Shown one piece after another: positions 59,166 to 64,000 of a stretch of DNA of 64,000 bases (its first letter is position 1; each line of letters opens with the position of its first letter). The position numbers and the translations under genes were made by a program. This stretch comes from Candidatus Hydrothermarchaeum profundi. GTDB lineage: Archaea > Hydrothermarchaeota > Hydrothermarchaeia > Hydrothermarchaeales > Hydrothermarchaeaceae. The stretch covers positions 32,001 through 96,000 of the forward strand of contig MTMF02000008.1 of assembly GCA_002011125.2 (NCBI GenBank), given 5' to 3'. The notes under the pieces are model-generated. The model made no database searches. It was not told the DNA's origin and worked only from the letters and a program-made list of their open reading frames with translations.

Positions 59166-59588
59166 ATGAAAGGGATTCAAATTGCGGCTAAAGTAACTGC
59201 TGGAATAAGTGCATTACTTGCAGTGACTATGACTTTGTATGTGGTATTGACGCCTGATTTTTATGTAACATACTCCGAAATAGTTGTAGAAACCTTGAAT
59301 GGAGATTTAGATCGGGTTAGTAAAATTGGTACTTCTTCCTATCTTCAGGTAAATGGCTTATATGGGCTTATACCCCTTGCTATACCCATTATGCTTTCAC
59401 TCTTTGGTTATTGGACGTTATTCTGGGTAACTAAATCCAGGTTGATTATAATCTGGACGATCGCGATTCTGCTACTTCTTTTTTCATTTTTGTTTATATT
59501 TTCGATAGGACTAGGCTATGTTCCATCAGGTATTGCTATGATATTAGCAGCGATTTTTGAAACTTTTCATTTTTGTAAAGCAAGATAA
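59166..59588 (+). CDS. Membrane protein
   Basis: Four TM segments, FSIGLGYVP. Confidence 0.55.
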   Translation: MKGIQIAAKVTAGISALLAVTMTLYVVLTPDFYVTYSEIVVETLNGDLDRVSKIGTSSYLQVNGLYGLIPLAIPIMLSLFGYWTLFWVTKSRLIIIWTIAILLLLFSFLFIFSIGLGYVPSGIAMILAAIFETFHFCKAR

Positions 59589-59806
59589 AATGCTGTTTCT
59601 TTTTATAAAATAGATAACACTACCTACTCTTTTTTCTTGTCTTCTTTATGGTGATATTTTAAAAAGTCTTGTAGTGAACAGAGGAGTCCGCATTTATCTG
59701 GATTTTTATCGTAATAGGGTTTTGCTTGCATCATATTACTAATTTAGAAAATTCACTATTAAAGGGATAACGGTAAAGTTATAAGTTATCTCTTCAATTT
59801 ATTGGC

Positions 59807-60511
59807 ATGGAAGATAAAGCCGAATCCATCAGAAATATGTTCTCTTCTATTGCTCATCGTTATGACCTCCTGAATACTCTACTAAGCCTAAACCGAGATA
59901 AGTATTGGAGAAAATTTACAGCTTCAAAAGCAGGTTTGAAGAAAGGAGGTTCTGCTATAGATTTTGCCACAGGAACAGGGGAGCTGGCAATTGAGCTTGC
60001 TAAGATAGTGGGAGAGGAAGGCAGAGTTGTTGGAGTGGATTTTAGCCAAAAGATGTTAGATATAGCAAAAATAAAGGTTGAGAAATCTGGATTAGAGAGA
60101 ATTATAGAATTTTCTCATCAAAGAGCTGAAAGTGTGCCATTCCCTGAGAATACCTTTGATTGTGCAACGATAGGATTTGCCTTGAGAAATGTAACTGATA
60201 TCCCTACGGTATTAAAGGAAATGACCCGCGTGGTAAAAGTTGGAGGACGTGTTGTATTATTAGAATTCACGCAGCCTAGGAACCCTGTTGTGAGAAGGCT
60301 CTATTTTTTTTACTCCTTTAACATACTGCCTATGATTGGGGGCATAATTTCCGGCAGAAAAGACGCATATGAATACTTGCCTGAATCAATTCTAAAATTT
60401 CCTTCACCTGAAAAGCTTAGAGATATAATGATAGACGTAGGATTAAAAAATATCAAAATTTACATTCTTACGGGGGGTATAGTGGCAGTTCATGTGGGTG
60501 TTAAAGCTTAG
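59807..60511 (+). CDS. menG: Demethylmenaquinone methyltransferase UbiE/MenG
   Basis: MFSSIAHRYDLLN, DFATGTGE, GFALRNV, AYEYLPESI. Confidence 0.93.
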   Translation: MEDKAESIRNMFSSIAHRYDLLNTLLSLNRDKYWRKFTASKAGLKKGGSAIDFATGTGELAIELAKIVGEEGRVVGVDFSQKMLDIAKIKVEKSGLERIIEFSHQRAESVPFPENTFDCATIGFALRNVTDIPTVLKEMTRVVKVGGRVVLLEFTQPRNPVVRRLYFFYSFNILPMIGGIISGRKDAYEYLPESILKFPSPEKLRDIMIDVGLKNIKIYILTGGIVAVHVGVKA

Positions 60512-60568
60512 ACTCGACTAAAAACGTCATATAGAAACGCTTATTTAAGCGAGCTTCAATATAATCTC

Positions 60569-60772
60569 TTGGATAAAATTGATAAAAAAGTGGAGGTTGG
60601 ACTTATTAAACCAATAGAACTAATTCTGCATGTTTTAGCTGGATTGGCTATTCTTGGAGGGATATTCCGCGCTACTACCACTACAGACCCGCAACTGAGT
60701 TCTCTCTTGATGAGCCAGTATTTGCTTTGGGCTATCTTATTTGAGATAATAGCATTTAACACGAAAGAATAA
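60569..60772 (+). CDS. Small two-TM protein
   Basis: Hydrophobic helices; coding-like composition. Confidence 0.45.
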   Translation: MDKIDKKVEVGLIKPIELILHVLAGLAILGGIFRATTTTDPQLSSLLMSQYLLWAILFEIIAFNTKE

Positions 60773-60792
60773 AAAAATAAAGCAGGTATATC

Positions 60793-61776
60793 ATGCGGTT
60801 GCAAAGAGCCCTAAAAATCTTGGAAGAGAAGGAACTCCAATGCGGAATAGTACTTAAGCCTGAAAACATCTATTATCTAACAGGTTTTTTCCCCTCTTCA
60901 CGAGCTGTGCTTATTTTAAAATCAGATCCTGTGCTTCTAATTTCGAAGATGGATTCAACAAGGGCCGAAGAGATAAATATTGAATATCATATCGTTGAAA
61001 AATTTGAGAAAGAATTAAAGGAGCTTCGGTGTGAGGAAATTGCTGTGGAAAAAAACTACATAACCCTTAGCTTCTTTGAAAAATATCTTAATAATAAAAT
61101 TGTAGAGAACTTGGAGTTAGAGGAAATGCGATCTATTAAGGATAAAGCAGAGATAAGAGAAATAATGAAAGCGATAAAGATAGCCGAGAAGGCATTAGAG
61201 GGATTAAGTTTAGAAGGCAGGACAGAAAGGGAGGTTTCAGCAGTTTTAGGGCAGCGCATAAATCTTAAAGCAGATTTGGCGTTCAAGCCTATCGTCGCAA
61301 GCGGCAGAAATTCTTCTAGACCTCATCATAACTCATCAGATAAAAAGATTAGGAGAGGGGAAACGGTAATCGTAGACCTCGGAGCGCGTGTTAACTACTA
61401 TAACTGTGACTTAACACGAACTTATCTTACTGGCGAGAAAAAAGAATACCTAGACGTATACGAAGCGGTTCTTGAAGCTCAAAAGGCTGCTATCGCAGAG
61501 TGCTATTCTGGAAATGAAATTAGGAGGCCTGATGAAGTAGCGAGGTCGGTCTTACGAGAATATGATTTGGCAGAATCTTTTCTCCATTCTACCGGTCATG
61601 GAGTCGGTCTAGAGGTCCATGAAATGCCTGTGGTAAATGGCGAGTCTAAAGGAGCATTTAAGAGTGGGATGGTGGTTACCATTGAGCCGGGGGTTTATAA
61701 AGAGTTTGGAGTTAGAATTGAAGATATGGTTTTAATTGGTGAAAAACCAAAACTTTTGACAACTATAAAAAAATAA
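60793..61776 (+). CDS. Xaa-Pro aminopeptidase (M24)
   Basis: NIYYLTGF, PHH, DLG...DLTRT, HSTGHGVGLEVHE, TIEPG, GVRIED. Confidence 0.92.
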   Translation: MRLQRALKILEEKELQCGIVLKPENIYYLTGFFPSSRAVLILKSDPVLLISKMDSTRAEEINIEYHIVEKFEKELKELRCEEIAVEKNYITLSFFEKYLNNKIVENLELEEMRSIKDKAEIREIMKAIKIAEKALEGLSLEGRTEREVSAVLGQRINLKADLAFKPIVASGRNSSRPHHNSSDKKIRRGETVIVDLGARVNYYNCDLTRTYLTGEKKEYLDVYEAVLEAQKAAIAECYSGNEIRRPDEVARSVLREYDLAESFLHSTGHGVGLEVHEMPVVNGESKGAFKSGMVVTIEPGVYKEFGVRIEDMVLIGEKPKLLTTIKK

Positions 61777-61780
61777 GTGG

Positions 61781-62980
61781 ATGAACATGTGTATATTTTT
61801 TATAGACCCTTCATTTTCTGGTATTAGTGGAGATATGCTCCTTGGTGCTCTAATCGATTTAGGGGGAGATCTTAAAAAATTCCAAGCGATTATAGAAGCG
61901 GTAAAAAAGGAGGAAGGAGCGAAGTTTTCTGTAAAAGTGAACAAAGTTAGAAAGAAGGGAATAACCGCTACCGATGTAAGCGTGGAATCTAGGGCGAGGT
62001 GTGATGATCTAGTTAGCGCAATAAAGGCTCTTCCGCTAGTAGAAGCTGAAAAGAATTTTAGTCTACAAGTCGCTAAGACTCTCATAGACGCCGAATCTAA
62101 GGTCCATGGAGTCTCTGGTAGGGAAATTCGCCTACATGAACTCGGTAGCATTGATACACTGGTCGATATTGTGGGTACATCGGTACTGGCAAACAGCGTG
62201 GGGATGTTATCCTCTGATGTAGAGGTATACTCCTCGCATGTTCTTGTCGGCAAAGGTAAAGTTGTTACTGAGGAAGGATTAATGCCGGTTCCGCCTCCTG
62301 CAGTACTTGAGATTCTTAGAGAATATTCTATACCCTTCCGTCTTTCTACTACCGAGGGAGAACTAGCTACCCCTACAGGTGTTTCACTATTATCTCACCT
62401 AGCTACAAGCTTTGAAAATATTCCAATTATTAGACCGGAAGTAATAGGAATTGGTGCTGGAAAAGCTAATTTGGATTTCCCGAATATTCTTAGGATAGTT
62501 AAAGGTTCAAAATTCGAAAAACTTCGAAAAGAGGAGATAAGGGTTCTAGAAACAAGTTTAGATGATGTTACGGGTGAAGTACTAGGCTATACTATCGGAA
62601 AACTCTATGACTCCGGGGCATTGGATGTTCAAGCCATACCTACTGTTACAAAGAAGAACAGACCCGGGTACATATTGAAGGTAATTTGCAAACCTGAAAA
62701 TGAAGTTAATCTAGCTGAGCTGGTGATGAAGGAAACTGGTAGTTTAGGGGTAAGAACCGGCTGCGCTCAAATGAGGTTCATTTTAGATAGAGAAATAAAA
62801 ACGGTTAAGGTTAAAATCTCAAACGATGTGGGTGAGGCGAGGGTGAAGATCTCTCGAAACCGTTATGGCGAAGTTGTGAACATCAAGCCAGAATATGAGG
62901 ATGTAAGGAAAATAGCAGAGAAAACAAAGATGCCTTTAAAAGACATCATAAAAGCTATTGAAAGAGAAGTTAATCTCTGA
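61781..62980 (+). CDS. larC: Nickel pincer cofactor biosynthesis protein LarC
   Basis: SGISGDMLLGAL, HELGSIDTLVDI, PVPPPA, GELATPTG, ETSLDD, KKNRPG, KPEYED. Confidence 0.92.
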   Translation: MNMCIFFIDPSFSGISGDMLLGALIDLGGDLKKFQAIIEAVKKEEGAKFSVKVNKVRKKGITATDVSVESRARCDDLVSAIKALPLVEAEKNFSLQVAKTLIDAESKVHGVSGREIRLHELGSIDTLVDIVGTSVLANSVGMLSSDVEVYSSHVLVGKGKVVTEEGLMPVPPPAVLEILREYSIPFRLSTTEGELATPTGVSLLSHLATSFENIPIIRPEVIGIGAGKANLDFPNILRIVKGSKFEKLRKEEIRVLETSLDDVTGEVLGYTIGKLYDSGALDVQAIPTVTKKNRPGYILKVICKPENEVNLAELVMKETGSLGVRTGCAQMRFILDREIKTVKVKISNDVGEARVKISRNRYGEVVNIKPEYEDVRKIAEKTKMPLKDIIKAIEREVNL

Positions 62981-63749
62981 ATTTTGCAGCCCTATTAGCT
63001 ATTAGCGAGGCCGCAATACCTGCTCCAAACCCATTATCTATGTTTACGGCAACTAATCCTGGAGAGCAACTTTGAAGTATAGAAAAGAGGGCAGATTTGC
63101 CTTTTCCGCCGATACCATACCCTGTAGAAGTAGGCAGACCGATAACTGGAATATCCACGAGGCCAGCGACAACTGAGGGTAGCGCTCCTTCCATGCCCGC
63201 GGCTACTATTACTACGTCTACGTCGTTTTTTATGATATCTTCAATAGCAGGTATAAGCCTATGAAGACCCGCTACCCCCACATCATAGTGCACATACACC
63301 TCACATCCCATTTCTTGAGAAATAACCCGTGCTTCTTCGGCTCTTTTAATATCGCTAGTACCTGCGCACAATATAGCGACTTTTCCTCCAGTTTTAGTGA
63401 CTTGGAATTCTTTCTTTTTTATTATGAGTATTCCGGCTTTATCAAAAGATTCGACATGCAATCCTTTTATGTTCCTTTTTAATGATTTAGCTCTTTCAGA
63501 GTTTAGTCTAGTTACAATACATCTACCTTTCTCATTAACCAGCTCTCTTACTATCTCCAATATCTCGTCATCAGATTTTCCCTCGCCGAATACCACTTCT
63601 GGAGCGCCGGTTCTATAATCTCTATGGACATCTATTATCCCTATACTGCCAATTGTTTTCATGCTAAAAAGCTTTATTTCTTTCTCTGCTTCATCTACGG
63701 ATAACTTCCCATTCTTGAAATCTTCTAGGACCTTTTTTAGAGTTCCCAT
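62970..63749 (-). CDS. larB: Nickel pincer cofactor biosynthesis protein LarB
   Basis: PEVVFGEGK, AGTSD, DVGVAGLHRL, AGMEGALPSVV, PTSTGYG, VNIDNGFGAG. Confidence 0.94.
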   Translation of the reverse strand: MGTLKKVLEDFKNGKLSVDEAEKEIKLFSMKTIGSIGIIDVHRDYRTGAPEVVFGEGKSDDEILEIVRELVNEKGRCIVTRLNSERAKSLKRNIKGLHVESFDKAGILIIKKKEFQVTKTGGKVAILCAGTSDIKRAEEARVISQEMGCEVYVHYDVGVAGLHRLIPAIEDIIKNDVDVVIVAAGMEGALPSVVAGLVDIPVIGLPTSTGYGIGGKGKSALFSILQSCSPGLVAVNIDNGFGAGIAASLIANRAAKFRD

Positions 63750-63784
63750 ATTGATACAATACCCCTATTTGTATTTAAATCTTA

Positions 63785-63874
63785 AAAAAGGTGGGAAGGA
63801 AAGTAAAATCAGCGATCCCCCTTTGAAGGTATGAGGAAGGAGAGGAGTTAAAGCCAATTTTCCCTTCCCACAGT
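63785..63874 (-). ncRNA. Candidate structured small RNA (about 85-90 nt)
   Basis: Long stem whose G-U pairs occur only on the minus strand, CU-rich loop, TATA-like TTTTTTATAT about 25 nt upstream, U-run downstream. Confidence 0.5.
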
Positions 63875-63916
63875 TATGTTTTTTAATGCAAACCCATATA
63901 AAAAACTTTGTTTAAA

Positions 63917-64000
63917 CTATCTACCTAGGGCTGTCTTGAGATCCATGGCGTGCTCCTGTTCCATGGCTAGTATTTCTCTCAGTTTTTGGGCTAAAGCCAA
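63917..64000 (-). CDS. C-terminal end of a ferritin-like (bacterioferritin-type) protein, truncated by the window edge
   Basis: LALAQKLREILAMEQEHAMDLKTALGR* with ILxxExxH motif. Confidence 0.6.
   Translation of the reverse strand: MALAQKLREILAMEQEHAMDLKTALGR

Noticed and set aside
235-63618. Many short antisense or nested ORFs in the track (e.g. 2285-2938, 17147-17632, 18735-19244, 44658-45209, 61732-62253)
   Set aside because: They are shadows of well-supported genes on the opposite strand or frame, with no motifs of their own.
63791-63875. Plus-strand H/ACA guide RNA (K-loop-like CC-UUU-GAA-GGUA-UGA-GG and ACA after the stem)
   Set aside because: The distance from upper stem to ACA is far above the 14-16 nt rule; G-U pairing, promoter and U-tract all favour the minus strand.
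1-64000. CRISPR array, rRNA, IS elements
   Set aside because: No regularly spaced repeats, rRNA-like tracts or transposase ORFs were seen.

Overview
AT-rich archaeal chromosome segment. Archaeal markers are a tRNA-Met with a BHB intron, an F420-dependent Mer-type reductase, a Sec11 signal peptidase, archaeal-type hypothetical proteins and TATA/BRE promoters. The exact lineage cannot be fixed from sequence alone; the gene content would fit an anaerobic marine Euryarchaeota-related group such as Hydrothermarchaeota (inference). The highlight is 109-11908: a Rieske/split cytochrome b complex and a hexaheme cytochrome c, co-oriented with a complete Tat-exported nitrite oxidoreductase/nitrate reductase of the Nitrospira/anammox NXR type (beta, TorD-like chaperone, HExxH protein, alpha, heme-b gamma). 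A helical monoheme cytochrome c and a hemerythrin follow, then a PadR-IscS-IscU-IscU block. The rest of the window holds a chemotaxis operon and a tRNA-adjacent copper/accessory patch with a frameshifted gene remnant. It also holds an FG-GAP propeller fused to a pentaheme cytochrome, and a cofactor-supply region: shikimate genes including a bacterial-type AroK, a bacterial-like ahbD-hemE-hemH-hemY heme operon, and the futalosine menaquinone pathway. larBC, several unannotated small ORFs and a candidate structured sRNA complete it. No CRISPR array, transposase or integrase was seen.
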